The notes: generated by a model not told the origin, from the sequence alone. A stretch of 64,000 bases of DNA from Alphaproteobacteria bacterium (GCA_024279475.1 JAJRRM010000114.1:6803-70802), one strand, 5' to 3'. Shown: positions 38,490 to 48,866, counted from the first letter of the stretch. A program made the numbers and translations.

Positions 38490-39374
38490 ATGATAAGAAA
38501 ACTGAAAAAAGGCAATAACCTCTATAAAGCTGACCAGCCTTACAGGTTTAAACAAAAAAAACAACCTTTTTGGATTAGAAGTCTCTTAAATCCAAAGATA
38601 TTTTCTCTTCTTCTCTTCTTTTTAGGGCTTATTTGGTTATCTCAAAGCAATAGTGAACAGTATTTCTTTCTTCAAGCAAGATCTTTTGGTGAAACATCTC
38701 TTAAAATATCAGGCTTGGTTGTTAAAAATATATCTATTATAGGTGCTAATAAAACATCTATACTTGCCTTAAAGAAAATTCTTTCCTCATCTAAACATTA
38801 CCCTTCTATTTTCTCTATTAATGTAGAAGCTCTAAAAAATAAAATAGAAAAATTTCCTTGGGTCCAGCAAGTTTCTGTGAAACGCCGCTGGCCAAATACT
38901 CTAATAATTTCTCTCATAGAAAAAAAGGCTTTGGCTCTTTGGCAAAATAATAGTAAACTTACTCTTATTGATACAAAAGGCACCCAGATTGCTGTTAGAA
39001 ATCTAAAACCTTTTAAACATTTTCCTTTGGTTGTCGGAAAAAATGCTAATAAAAAAGCTTTTTACTTATTTGAAACCCTCTCCAAAACCCCCTATCTAAG
39101 AAAATTAGTTAAATCAGCATCTTTTATTTACAATAGACGATGGAATCTGAATCTTTCTACTGGTATTGTAGTTCAGCTCCCTGAAGCTAATTGGGCAGAA
39201 GCTATTATTAGTCTAGAAGATCTAAATAAGAAATCAAAACTGTTGAAAAAGGATATAAAATTTGTTGATATGCGTGTTCCACCACAAATAGTATTGCGTT
39301 TAAAGTCAGAAACAGCTAAGCGTTATAAAACTATTAACTCTCCCTCTTTGAAAAAAAGACCCCGATCAGCTTAA
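38490..39374 (+). CDS. ftsQ: cell division protein FtsQ
   Basis: Single TM helix plus POTRA-like region (...FPWVQQVSVKRRWPNTLIISLIEKKALALW). Position in the cluster fits. Confidence 0.8.
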   Translation: MIRKLKKGNNLYKADQPYRFKQKKQPFWIRSLLNPKIFSLLLFFLGLIWLSQSNSEQYFFLQARSFGETSLKISGLVVKNISIIGANKTSILALKKILSSSKHYPSIFSINVEALKNKIEKFPWVQQVSVKRRWPNTLIISLIEKKALALWQNNSKLTLIDTKGTQIAVRNLKPFKHFPLVVGKNANKKAFYLFETLSKTPYLRKLVKSASFIYNRRWNLNLSTGIVVQLPEANWAEAIISLEDLNKKSKLLKKDIKFVDMRVPPQIVLRLKSETAKRYKTINSPSLKKRPRSA

Positions 39375-39417
39375 TTACAAAACAACCAGATTATAAAAAA
39401 TGTGCTAGACTGTATAA

Positions 39418-40647
39418 ATGAGAAAAACTTTTTCACGCTCACCCTTTATTGCCGCTTTGGATATAGGTAGTACTAAAATATGCTGTGCTTTAGCTCAACC
39501 TATTGAGGATAGTGATGATCTACAAATTTTTGGCCTAGGTCACCAACTTTCACAAGGGATACGTAATGGAAAAATTGTTAATATACACGAAGCCAGTCGA
39601 GTAATTTCTAAAGCTATCCATGCTGCTGAGCATATGGCTCGCCAACCTATTCAGGAAGTGTTTGTAAACTTATCTGGCACCGTTATTTCTCTTCGCCCTA
39701 CAATCACAGAAAATATTGGAGGTAGAGAAATAGAAGAAGAGGATATTCAAAATTTATTAATTCAAGCTCAGAAAATTTCAACAAAAATCGATAAAGAAGA
39801 AATGCTTCATTGTTTGCCTATTTACTATACTGTAGATGACAATAAAAGCGTCTTAGACCCCATAGGCATGTATGCTGAAACATTGGGCGTTAAAGTACAT
39901 GTTATAGCTACTTCTAAAGGCCGTATTAAAAACCTTGTAAATACTTTAGATAAGGCACAGATGGATGCTCAACATATTATTTACACACCCTATGCTTCGG
40001 GACTAGGCACACTGGTAGAAGATGAAATGGACCTAGGCGTAGGTGTTATAGATTTTGGTGGAGGTACTACTTCTATTAGCATTTTTAAATCTGGTCATTG
40101 CCTATTTGCGGCAAGTCTTCCCATTGGTGGTATGCATATTACAAATGATATTGCTCATGCCCTATCTACTCCTATTGCACAAGCAGAAAGGCTGAAAATT
40201 CTCTATGGTTCTGCTGTGATTTCACCTTCTGATAAAAAAGAACGCTTAAAAATTCCACAAATAAGTATAGATAAAAAAGACTTAGAAAAATCTGTCACAC
40301 GTTTCGAGCTAAATGCTGTTATCCAGCCTAGACTAGACGAAATATTTGATGCTCTTTTAGATACTCTTCGACAATACCCTGAAATACAAGCTGTAGCACG
40401 CCGATTTGCTCTCACAGGTGGTGGAAGTCAAATGACTCATATAAAAAAATATGCTACAAAGCGCCTTGGCCAGCAAGTTAGGCTTGGCATCCCTCTTGGT
40501 ATTCAAGGGCTTACAGAGTCCTCTGGAGGAGCAAGTTTTTCTGTGTGTGCTGGGCTCTTGCATTATGGAACACATGCTGTTCTAGATGGCCTTGTCAAAC
40601 ACCCTTCTTCTTCATGGTTTGGACGTCTATTCAATTGGATAAAGTAA
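39418..40647 (+). CDS. ftsA: cell division protein FtsA
   Basis: Actin-fold motifs ALDIGSTKICC and VIDFGGGTTSISIF. Position in the cluster fits. Confidence 0.9.
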   Translation: MRKTFSRSPFIAALDIGSTKICCALAQPIEDSDDLQIFGLGHQLSQGIRNGKIVNIHEASRVISKAIHAAEHMARQPIQEVFVNLSGTVISLRPTITENIGGREIEEEDIQNLLIQAQKISTKIDKEEMLHCLPIYYTVDDNKSVLDPIGMYAETLGVKVHVIATSKGRIKNLVNTLDKAQMDAQHIIYTPYASGLGTLVEDEMDLGVGVIDFGGGTTSISIFKSGHCLFAASLPIGGMHITNDIAHALSTPIAQAERLKILYGSAVISPSDKKERLKIPQISIDKKDLEKSVTRFELNAVIQPRLDEIFDALLDTLRQYPEIQAVARRFALTGGGSQMTHIKKYATKRLGQQVRLGIPLGIQGLTESSGGASFSVCAGLLHYGTHAVLDGLVKHPSSSWFGRLFNWIK

Positions 40648-40652
40648 TAATT

Positions 40653-41162
40653 TTACTCTTTTAAGAAAGTTCCCAATTCTGCCAAAGAATAACGTAATTT
40701 TTCATCTTTTATATCCTCTAAACCTTTATATATAGATTTAAATTTACTTGTATCCCTTATATTTTTTAGCGCTACCCTCTGCATGCTTAGTGCATCCTTT
40801 CTTTTTTTTACTGGCAGCTCATATACCTGGCGCATAGTAATTCTATTAATAACATTATAGCCAAAATATGCATTAATTTTATCTATAAGAACTTGCCTAT
40901 GAAAAGGAAATTCATGGGAAAAGCTTGCCATTATCAAAAGTTTTAAAGACCCTTGTATTTTAGTTCCTTTTTGAAAATATAACTTCTCTGGATGCGTTTG
41001 TTCTGCTAAAAAAGAACCTACAATCAAGTGCCAATCCAACGCTAATGTAGCCACAGGGGAACCTTTCTGTTTAACCAAAGGGCGAACAATTTTTTGAGCA
41101 ATCTTATCAATGGAATGCCATCCTTGATTAAAATGGCGAAGTTTTTTATAGTTCTGTGACAT
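40653..41162 (-). CDS. DUF721/DciA-like protein
   Basis: W..IVG..LAEQTHPEKL...G.L.L...S...FPFHRQVLIDKINAYFGYNVINRI fits the DUF721 pattern. It is divergent from mutY, as in many alphaproteobacteria. Confidence 0.6.
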   Translation of the reverse strand: MSQNYKKLRHFNQGWHSIDKIAQKIVRPLVKQKGSPVATLALDWHLIVGSFLAEQTHPEKLYFQKGTKIQGSLKLLIMASFSHEFPFHRQVLIDKINAYFGYNVINRITMRQVYELPVKKRKDALSMQRVALKNIRDTSKFKSIYKGLEDIKDEKLRYSLAELGTFLKE

Positions 41163-41208
41163 ATGAGACTATTTCTTTCCCTATTAATGTAGCAAATCAA
41201 GGATTCAA

Positions 41209-42276
41209 ATGCCAGATGAAATTGTAAAAATCCTCTTAACTTGGTACGATAAAAATCAACGTATATTACCCTGGCGTATGGTAGATGGCAATGTCCCCAA
41301 TCCTTACCTTGTTTGGCTTAGCGAAATTATGCTGCAGCAAACAACCGTTCCCACAGTCATCCCTTATTTTTATCGTTTTTTAGAAAAATGGCCTTCTATT
41401 TCTGACTTGGCTAGAGCTAGCCGTGATGAAATACTTCATGCCTGGCAAGGACTCGGATATTATAATCGAGCCCATAAACTACATGAGTGCAGCATTCTTA
41501 TCTCTCAAAAATATAATAATATCTTTCCTTCTACTTACAATAATCTACTCCTACTTCCTGGTATTGGTCCCTACACTGCAGCAGCCATTTCCTCTATTGC
41601 CTTTAATCAACCTGTTCCTGTTGTAGATGGTAATGTAGAACGCCTCATGGCTCGTTTATATGCTTTGCAAATTCCTAAAAAGGATATAAAGAAACGCTCT
41701 ACAGAAATTTTGCAACTTTTTCCTTTAAATCATCGTCCAGGAGACATAGCTCAAAGTATGATGGACTTTGCTAATAGTATTTGCACGTGGGCAAAACCTA
41801 AATGCCTCAGCTGTCCTCTAAAAAATCATTGTAAGTCTCAAAAGCTAGGTATTGCTGAACAACTTCCAAAAAGAGAGGTTAAAAAAAAACCTACACGCTA
41901 TGCGTATTTCCTATGTATTGAACGAAATCATGACAAGGCATTTCTTTTTTACAAGAGACCTCTGAAAGGATTGCTACCTGGCCTCATGGGGTTTCCTTCA
42001 ACAAATTGGCAACCGCATGCTTGGCCAGATGCCCCTGCATTTTATTCTCAATTTCTTCCTAATCATGATAACATTCAGTGGATAGATACTCCTATACAAC
42101 ATACATTCACGCACTTCTATCTGGAAGCTCGCGTAGGAAAATATGTTGCTAGTAACTCTATTATTAATTATGTACCCTTTCCTAATATGCAATGGATAAA
42201 ATCCTGTAATATTAACAAACATGCTCTTCCTACACTTATGAAAAAAGTAGCTAAGACGTGTGGCATAGTGTGCTAG
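41209..42276 (+). CDS. mutY: A/G-specific adenine DNA glycosylase
   Basis: YLVWLSEIMLQQTTV, VDGNVERL, the 4Fe-4S Cys cluster CTWAKPKCLSCPLKNHC and a C-terminal NUDIX-like domain. Confidence 0.9.
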   Translation: MPDEIVKILLTWYDKNQRILPWRMVDGNVPNPYLVWLSEIMLQQTTVPTVIPYFYRFLEKWPSISDLARASRDEILHAWQGLGYYNRAHKLHECSILISQKYNNIFPSTYNNLLLLPGIGPYTAAAISSIAFNQPVPVVDGNVERLMARLYALQIPKKDIKKRSTEILQLFPLNHRPGDIAQSMMDFANSICTWAKPKCLSCPLKNHCKSQKLGIAEQLPKREVKKKPTRYAYFLCIERNHDKAFLFYKRPLKGLLPGLMGFPSTNWQPHAWPDAPAFYSQFLPNHDNIQWIDTPIQHTFTHFYLEARVGKYVASNSIINYVPFPNMQWIKSCNINKHALPTLMKKVAKTCGIVC

Positions 42277-42353
42277 CAACACATATTTTATCTATTTATC
42301 CCTAGACCAACTCCTTTAATTTCTTTATACTTTGCTTAGAAAAGGAAATATGC

Positions 42354-43250
42354 ATGGCCCTACCTAAATCACTTCCAAAAAGTAATATTAGTGAAGACAG
42401 CTTATCGAAATTTTTGCGAGATATTCGCAAATTTCCAATGTTAGGTGAAAAAGAAGAGTATGAACTAGCTAACCAGTGGATTTCTAAACAAGATAAAAAT
42501 GCCGCTAAGCAATTAATTAACTCACATTTGCGTCTTGTAGCTAAAATTGCTACTGGTTATCGCGGGTATGGCCTTCCTTTGGCAGAACTTGTTTCTGAAG
42601 GTACTATGGGTCTTATGCAGGCTGTAAAGCGCTATGATCCTGAAAAAGGGGTGCGGCTATCCACTTATGCCATGTGGTGGATTAGAGCTTCTATTCAAGA
42701 ATATGTCTTGAGATCTTGGTCTCTGGTAAAAATTACCGCAACCAAAGCTCAAAAGAAACTTTTTTTTAACTTACGTCGCTTAAAAGGTGAAATGCAGTCA
42801 TACGATGATTCAGCACTTAGTCCTGAAGACCTAAATTACATTGCAAAAACATTAGATGTTTCTGAATCAGATGTAAAATCTATGAATCAACGTATGCAGT
42901 CCAATGATTCTTCCCTAAATGCACACTCTTCTAAAAATTCTGATACACCTCAAGAATGGCAAGATTGGTTAGAAGATGAAAGCTCTACTCAAGAAGAAAA
43001 TCTAGCAAATACACAAGAATACAACGTACGATGGAATCTTATAAAAGAGAGCTTAAGTGTTTTAAATGAACGAGAAAAAGATATCATTACGGTTCGCCAT
43101 TTAGAAGAGACACCTCATACCTTAAATTTAATTTCTAAAAAATATAATATTGCTAAAGAGCGTGTGCGTCAAATTGAAACACGTGCCATGCAAAAACTGC
43201 AAGAATCTGTCCGTGATAAGGCTAAAGCTATTGGCTATCATAAATCCTAA
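42354..43250 (+). CDS. rpoH: RNA polymerase sigma-32 factor
   Basis: Sigma-70 regions 2-4 plus the RpoH box (TKAQKKLFFNLRRLK). Confidence 0.9.
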   Translation: MALPKSLPKSNISEDSLSKFLRDIRKFPMLGEKEEYELANQWISKQDKNAAKQLINSHLRLVAKIATGYRGYGLPLAELVSEGTMGLMQAVKRYDPEKGVRLSTYAMWWIRASIQEYVLRSWSLVKITATKAQKKLFFNLRRLKGEMQSYDDSALSPEDLNYIAKTLDVSESDVKSMNQRMQSNDSSLNAHSSKNSDTPQEWQDWLEDESSTQEENLANTQEYNVRWNLIKESLSVLNEREKDIITVRHLEETPHTLNLISKKYNIAKERVRQIETRAMQKLQESVRDKAKAIGYHKS

Positions 43251-43333
43251 ACTATATGGTTGTGATAAAGATTAAAAAAAATTCAAGCACCCCTAATACT
43301 TACCCTAAACAGCTTAAAATTAAAACTTCTCCC

Positions 43334-43362
43334 TTGACGATAGAGTAATAAATCGCTAGATA
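43334..43362 (+). promoter_or_regulatory. sigma-70-like promoter for tRNA-His (TTGACG-17 nt-TAGATA)
   Basis: -35 TTGACG at 43334..43339, 17-nt spacer, -10 TAGATA at 43357..43362. The predicted start lies a few nt before G-1 of the tRNA. Confidence 0.5.
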
Positions 43363-43373
43363 TTTAGTAGTGT

Positions 43374-43451
43374 GGCGGGCGTAGCTCAGGTGGTTAGAGC
43401 ACCAGATTGTGGCTCTGGGGGCCGTGGGTTCAAGTCCCATCGTTCGCCCCA
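43374..43451 (+). tRNA. tRNA-His (anticodon GTG) with encoded G-1, C73 and CCA
   Basis: Hand-folded. Acceptor GCGGGCG/CGTTCGC (two G:U pairs), D arm GCTC-AGGTGGTTA-GAGC, anticodon arm CCAGA-TTGTGGC-TCTGG, T arm GTGGG-TTCAAGT-CCCAT, discriminator C and CCA. An extra 5' G pairs with C73. Confidence 0.9.
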
Positions 43452-43478
43452 TTTTTATATAAAAAATAGGGGATACAT

Positions 43479-46172
43479 ATGGGGGAGAAAATTGCTCTTT
43501 TTAATAAGCCCTACGAGCATGTTAAGAAATTTGATGGCGTATCTTATCGATTTTATAGCCTTAAAAAATTACAAAAAGAATTTCCAAACATAGAAAATTT
43601 TCCTATTACTTTAAAAATTTTAGCTGAAAACCTCCTGCGTCGAAATAGGAAAAAAGAACTTTTATCTTTAAAAAATTGGATAAAAAAACGCTCTAGCCAA
43701 GAAGATATAACCTTTGCACCAGCACGTGTACTTATGCAAGATTTTACCGGTGTTCCAGCTATTGTTGATCTAGCGTCTATGCGCAATGCTTTACAAAAAA
43801 AAGGACTTAATACTAAAAAAATAAATCCTTCTTTCCCCGTAGATCTAGTTATTGATCACTCTGTTATGGTCGATTACTTTGGTACAGATACCTCTTTTAA
43901 AAAAAACGAAAAGCTTGAGTATAAACGCAATGCTGAACGATACTCTTTCTTAAAATGGGGACAATACGCCTTTAAAAATTTTCGGGTTGTTCCACCAGGT
44001 ACAGGCATATGCCATCAGGTAAATCTTGAATACCTAGCTAAAGTTGTATGGACTCAGTCATCCGAAGATACAACTCTTCCACCTCTCATCTACCCTGATA
44101 CATTAGTTGGCACAGATAGCCATAATACGATGATCAACGGTTTATCTGTTCTTGGATGGGGCGTAGGGGGTATTGAAGCAGAGGCAGCTATGCTCGGCCA
44201 GCCTATTTCCATAATTATTCCTGAAGTTATTGGTTTTGAATTAAAAGGAGCTCTAAAAGAAGGATCTACGGCGACGGACCTTGTCCTTACCATCACGCAA
44301 CTTTTACGCAAAAAAGTTGTTGTAGGAAAGTTTGTAGAATTTTTTGGTAATGGGCTAAAAAGCTTAAGCCTAGCTGATAGAGCCACACTGGCTAATATGG
44401 CTCCTGAATATGGTGCCACGTGTGGCTATTTTCCTATTGACGAAGAAACTATAAAGTATCTCTCACTTACTGGCCGTAAAAAACATTTGATTCACCTTGT
44501 GGAAGAATATGCTAAAGAGCAAGGTCTTTGGCGCTTTGATGATGCGCTAGCTTGCCACTATACAGACACCATCTCTCTAGAACTTGATTCTGTTACCCCC
44601 TGTATTGCCGGTCCAACACGCCCTCAAGATAAAATTAATCTATCTTCTGTTAAGGCAAACATCACACAATTTATAGACAAACAAAAAAAAGCCCCACACA
44701 CTGTAAAGTTAGGCCAGAAAATAAATATTCCTGGATATAATTATGATATAAAACATGGCAGCATCCTTATTGCTGCTATTACGAGCTGTACAAACACTTC
44801 TAACCCCTCTGTGATGATTGCTGCTGGGTTGCTAGCACGTAAAGCCATAAGTTATGGCCTGCATGTGCCCCCGTGGGTAAAAACTTCTTTGGCACCAGGT
44901 TCTAAGGTAGTGACAGACTATCTTATAAAAGCTGACTTGCAAAAAGATTTAGATACGCTTGGCTTTAATTTAGTTGGCTATGGTTGCACAACATGCATTG
45001 GAAATTCTGGTCCCTTAGCTAGCCCAATTATTGAAGCTATAGAGGCAGGAGACCTAACTGTCTGCTCTATTTTATCAGGAAACAGAAATTTTGAAGGACG
45101 TATTAACCCTTATACAAAAGCGAGTTTTCTCGCCTCTCCACCTCTTGTTGTAGCCTATGCTTTATCAGGGTCCATGCTCTGTAACTTAAAAACAGACCCT
45201 ATTGGTCGTAATGCAGAAGGTCAGGATGTTTTTTTGCATGAAATATGGCCTACTTCTCTAGAAATTAATGAGCTTATAGCTAAGTGTGTTCAACCCCAAA
45301 TGTTTAAAAACCGTTACAAAGATGTCTTTACCGGTGATTCCCTTTGGGATGATTTAACTATACAAAAAGGAGATACCTACGCTTGGGATAAAAATAGTAG
45401 TTATATTAAAGAAGCACCTTTTTTCTCTTTAGATGATTTTAATACAGATGATATTAATGTTGCACGACCTCTTCTTGTTTTAGGAGATAGCATCACAACA
45501 GACCATATCTCTCCAGCTGGATTCATAAAAGAAGATAGCCCTGCTGGGAAATATCTTATAGAACAGGGGATTACTCCATCTTATTTTAATTCTTATGGTT
45601 CTAGACGAGGAAATCATAACGTTATGATTCGAGGAACATTTGCAAATGTACGCATTAATAATGAAATGACACCTGATATTGTAGGTGGTGTGACCAAGCA
45701 TCTACCTTCAAGTGAAATTATGACAGTCTATGATGCAGCTATACGCTATAAAGAAGAATCTACGCCTTTGATTGTAATTGCTGGGAAAGAGTATGGTACA
45801 GGATCTTCTAGGGACTGGGCAGCCAAAGGAACACGCCTGCTGGGCATAAAAGCTGTAGTAGCTGAGTCTTTTGAGCGCATTCATCGTTCTAACTTAATTG
45901 GCATGGGTGTTTTGCCTCTTATTTTTAAAAAAGGAGCATCTCGAAAAACACTTAAGATTACAGGTGAAGAAACTTGGTCTTTCAAAGGGATTTCCCATGC
46001 TACAAAAAAAACAAATGGCCAAATTGAAGCTACAATCACTTATCCAGACAAAAGAAAAGAAGAAATACAACTTCAAGTATGCCTTTATACCCCTGAAGAA
46101 TCTTCTTATTTCCAAACTGGAGGTATTTTACCCTATATATTTAATAAAAAGACCAAAGCTGAATTATCATAA
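43479..46172 (+). CDS. acnA: aconitate hydratase A
   Basis: 897 aa. RVLMQDFTGVPA, GTDSHNTM, ITSCTNTSNP and GCTTCIGNSG Fe-S ligand motifs, plus DHISPAG. Confidence 0.9.
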   Translation: MGEKIALFNKPYEHVKKFDGVSYRFYSLKKLQKEFPNIENFPITLKILAENLLRRNRKKELLSLKNWIKKRSSQEDITFAPARVLMQDFTGVPAIVDLASMRNALQKKGLNTKKINPSFPVDLVIDHSVMVDYFGTDTSFKKNEKLEYKRNAERYSFLKWGQYAFKNFRVVPPGTGICHQVNLEYLAKVVWTQSSEDTTLPPLIYPDTLVGTDSHNTMINGLSVLGWGVGGIEAEAAMLGQPISIIIPEVIGFELKGALKEGSTATDLVLTITQLLRKKVVVGKFVEFFGNGLKSLSLADRATLANMAPEYGATCGYFPIDEETIKYLSLTGRKKHLIHLVEEYAKEQGLWRFDDALACHYTDTISLELDSVTPCIAGPTRPQDKINLSSVKANITQFIDKQKKAPHTVKLGQKINIPGYNYDIKHGSILIAAITSCTNTSNPSVMIAAGLLARKAISYGLHVPPWVKTSLAPGSKVVTDYLIKADLQKDLDTLGFNLVGYGCTTCIGNSGPLASPIIEAIEAGDLTVCSILSGNRNFEGRINPYTKASFLASPPLVVAYALSGSMLCNLKTDPIGRNAEGQDVFLHEIWPTSLEINELIAKCVQPQMFKNRYKDVFTGDSLWDDLTIQKGDTYAWDKNSSYIKEAPFFSLDDFNTDDINVARPLLVLGDSITTDHISPAGFIKEDSPAGKYLIEQGITPSYFNSYGSRRGNHNVMIRGTFANVRINNEMTPDIVGGVTKHLPSSEIMTVYDAAIRYKEESTPLIVIAGKEYGTGSSRDWAAKGTRLLGIKAVVAESFERIHRSNLIGMGVLPLIFKKGASRKTLKITGEETWSFKGISHATKKTNGQIEATITYPDKRKEEIQLQVCLYTPEESSYFQTGGILPYIFNKKTKAELS

Positions 46173-46211
46173 GACTTATACCATTTACCTGCTATATTTT
46201 TATTTTTTCTG

Positions 46212-47027
46212 CTAAGAAAATGGTGGTAACGTATAGCCTTTAGGAGAGAGCGTAAATATTTCATAGCTATTTTTTGTTACACCCAGGCTATGTTCAAACT
46301 GTGCTGACAAAGATTTATCTCGCGTTACAGCTGTCCAACCATCGCCTAATATTTTTACCTGCCATTTTCCAGCATTCACCATAGGTTCAATCGTAAAAAA
46401 CATACCCTCCTTCAATGCCATTCCCTCGCCTGGTTTTCCAAAATGAACAATGGATGGCGGTCCATGAAAGACACGCCCCAAACCGTGACCACAAAAATCG
46501 CGAACCAGACTAAACCCTTCTTTCTCAGCAAAATTCTGAATAGCATAACCTATATCGCCAAGTGTTGCCCCTGGTTTTACCACTTCAATACCACGCATCA
46601 TTGCCTCATAAGTGACTTCTATGAGACGCTGAGCCTTTCTGCTGGGATTTCCCACATAAAACATACGACTTGTATCTCCATACCAACCATCCAAAATAAC
46701 AGTCACATCAATATTAATACTTTCACCTTCTTTCAAAACTCGTGGACCTGGAATTCCATGACACACGACATGGTTAATAGAGGTGCATATAGATTTTGGA
46801 AACCCACGATAATTCAGCGGCGCTGGAATTGCTTTGTTTTGTAATATAAAGTCATGACACAAAGTATTTAACTCATCTGTTGTTATACCTGGATTTACAA
46901 AATCAGTTATATAGTCCAACGTTTGTGCAGCCAATTTTCCAGAAGCGCGCATACCCTTAAATTCTTCTTCACCATAGAGAGGAATAGCATCTGTATTTTC
47001 TTCTTGTACATATTCTATATGATCCAT
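46212..47027 (-). CDS. map: type I methionine aminopeptidase
   Basis: VCHGIP, DVTVILDGWYGD, FCGHGLG and FTIEPM metal-ligand motifs. Confidence 0.9.
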   Translation of the reverse strand: MDHIEYVQEENTDAIPLYGEEEFKGMRASGKLAAQTLDYITDFVNPGITTDELNTLCHDFILQNKAIPAPLNYRGFPKSICTSINHVVCHGIPGPRVLKEGESINIDVTVILDGWYGDTSRMFYVGNPSRKAQRLIEVTYEAMMRGIEVVKPGATLGDIGYAIQNFAEKEGFSLVRDFCGHGLGRVFHGPPSIVHFGKPGEGMALKEGMFFTIEPMVNAGKWQVKILGDGWTAVTRDKSLSAQFEHSLGVTKNSYEIFTLSPKGYTLPPFS

Positions 47028-47047
47028 AGACTTCCTACTTTTTTAAT

Positions 47048-47749
47048 TTATTCTACAGGCAATTCCGATCCCAGTATAATCCTGTCCGTCTGCATCTGGC
47101 AAGCATAACAATAAACCTCTACCCCTTCTTTCTTAGCCCTATCTAGCGTTTCAGCATATACTGGGTCAATATCTTTAGCTGCTGTAAAACTTTTTACATC
47201 TTCTCTTTGAACAACAAAAACAAGAGCTGCACGATATCCTTCTTTTAATACATTAATTAACGTATTGAGATGCTTTGTTCCTCGCGTCGTTACTGCATCT
47301 GGAAACTGTGCCTGATCCCCCACTTTTAATGTCACATTCTTCACTTCAACAAAGGCATTTTTTTCTCCTGTCGCACTTTCTAACAAAAGAAAATCTAAGC
47401 GTGTACCTTCTCCACATTGAACTTCCGGTTTAACTTTCTGATAGTTTTTGAAGGGATTTAATGTCTGATCCATAAAAGCGTCTTTCATCAGCTTATTTGG
47501 TCTATTAGTATTTATCCCAACTAAAGAACTTGGCATTTCAACTAGCTCCCAAGAATATTTTAGCTTACGTTTGGGATCCTCTACATAATTCACCCAAATA
47601 CTAACACCTGGATCACACAATCCTTTCATAGACCCTGAATTAGGGCAATGTGCTTGCACAACTTCTCCTGTTGAAAGCTCTACATCTGATAAAAACCGTT
47701 TATATCTTTTTATAAGTTTTCCACGTTGAAGAGAAACTGGTAATAACAT
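47048..47749 (-). CDS. sfsA: SfsA-family nuclease/sugar fermentation stimulation protein homologue
   Basis: G.LIKRYKRFLSDVEL..GE...AHCPNSGSM and LVEVKNVTL are typical of SfsA. Confidence 0.85.
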   Translation of the reverse strand: MLLPVSLQRGKLIKRYKRFLSDVELSTGEVVQAHCPNSGSMKGLCDPGVSIWVNYVEDPKRKLKYSWELVEMPSSLVGINTNRPNKLMKDAFMDQTLNPFKNYQKVKPEVQCGEGTRLDFLLLESATGEKNAFVEVKNVTLKVGDQAQFPDAVTTRGTKHLNTLINVLKEGYRAALVFVVQREDVKSFTAAKDIDPVYAETLDRAKKEGVEVYCYACQMQTDRIILGSELPVE

Positions 47750-47813
47750 CTTGACCTTGTCTTGTAATTATCTATATCTTAGTCATACATATAACTCTAA
47801 TAACTGTCAAAGC

Positions 47814-48584
47814 ATGCCTCAACTAACAGCTAGTATTATTATCATTGGAAACGAGATTCTTTCTGGGCGCACACAAGATGTGAATATCCAATTTATAGCT
47901 CAACGACTTGTTAATCTGGGCATTCGTTTAGAAAGCGTCACCATTATTCCTGACGTTCATGAAATTATTATTGGAACAATTAATAATCTGCGTAAAAAAC
48001 ATACCTATATTTTTACTACTGGTGGCATTGGTCCTACCCATGACGATATTACTTCTAAGGCTGTAGCAGCTGCTTTTAATCTTCCCTTTGAGCCTCATTC
48101 TGAAGCCTATAAGATTTTATTAAATTTTTATGGTAAAAAAGCTTTCACACCAGCTCGTCAAAAAATGACTTTTATGCCTCGCGGCGCTATTTTAATTGAC
48201 AACACAGTTACTTCAGCCCCTGCTTTTCAGGTAGAAAATGTGTACGTACTTGCTGGTTTTCCAAAAATTATGCGTGAAATGTTCAAAAATTTAGAAATAA
48301 CATTAAAAATAGGCGATCCTATTTTCTCTAACTCTACTCATTGTCATATAGCAGAGAGCATTATTGCTCAAGGGCTAGAAGTTATTCAACAACAACATCC
48401 TTGCTTAGATATTGGCAGTTATCCTTTCTATGAATCTGATACAAATAATGGAACAAGCCTTGTTGTAAAAGGTACTAAAAAAAGCTCTATAGACACAGCT
48501 ATTATAAAAATAGAACAGTTAATTATAGATTATGGAGGAACACCTTTAACAGATAATGAGTTCCAACGACCACAAAAAACTTGA
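47814..48584 (+). CDS. CinA-N-terminal-type molybdopterin-binding (MoCF) domain protein
   Basis: ASIIIIGNEILSGRTQDVN and TTGGIGPTHDDIT. I chose the ATG at 47814. The track ORF extends to 47751. Confidence 0.7.
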   Translation: MPQLTASIIIIGNEILSGRTQDVNIQFIAQRLVNLGIRLESVTIIPDVHEIIIGTINNLRKKHTYIFTTGGIGPTHDDITSKAVAAAFNLPFEPHSEAYKILLNFYGKKAFTPARQKMTFMPRGAILIDNTVTSAPAFQVENVYVLAGFPKIMREMFKNLEITLKIGDPIFSNSTHCHIAESIIAQGLEVIQQQHPCLDIGSYPFYESDTNNGTSLVVKGTKKSSIDTAIIKIEQLIIDYGGTPLTDNEFQRPQKT

Positions 48585-48647
48585 TTAAATAGCTAAAACG
48601 TGGTTTCTATATTAGAGTTAAAGTAAAATAATGAAAAAAAGGTTTCT

Positions 48648-48866
48648 ATGTCTAAAGAAGACCCTATAGAGATGGAAGGCATCGTAAGTGAAACACTGCC
48701 TAATGACACATTTCGCGTAACACTTGATAACAAGCATATTATTATCGCCCATAAGTCTGGCCGCATGAAAAGAAATCGTATTCGTGTTTTAGCTGGTGAC
48801 CGTGTTAGAGTAGAGATGTCTTCATATGACCTAACCAAAGGGCGCATTACTTTCCGCGAAAAATAA
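48648..48866 (+). CDS. infA: translation initiation factor IF-1
   Basis: 72 aa. [20 protein letters not shown]...[35 protein letters not shown]. Confidence 0.95.
   Translation: MSKEDPIEMEGIVSETLPNDTFRVTLDNKHIIIAHKSGRMKRNRIRVLAGDRVRVEMSSYDLTKGRITFREK

Noticed and set aside
43372-43593. 73-aa ORF starting MAGVAQVVRAPDCGSGGRGFKSH.
   Set aside because: This is a translation of tRNA-His and the start of acnA in the wrong frame.
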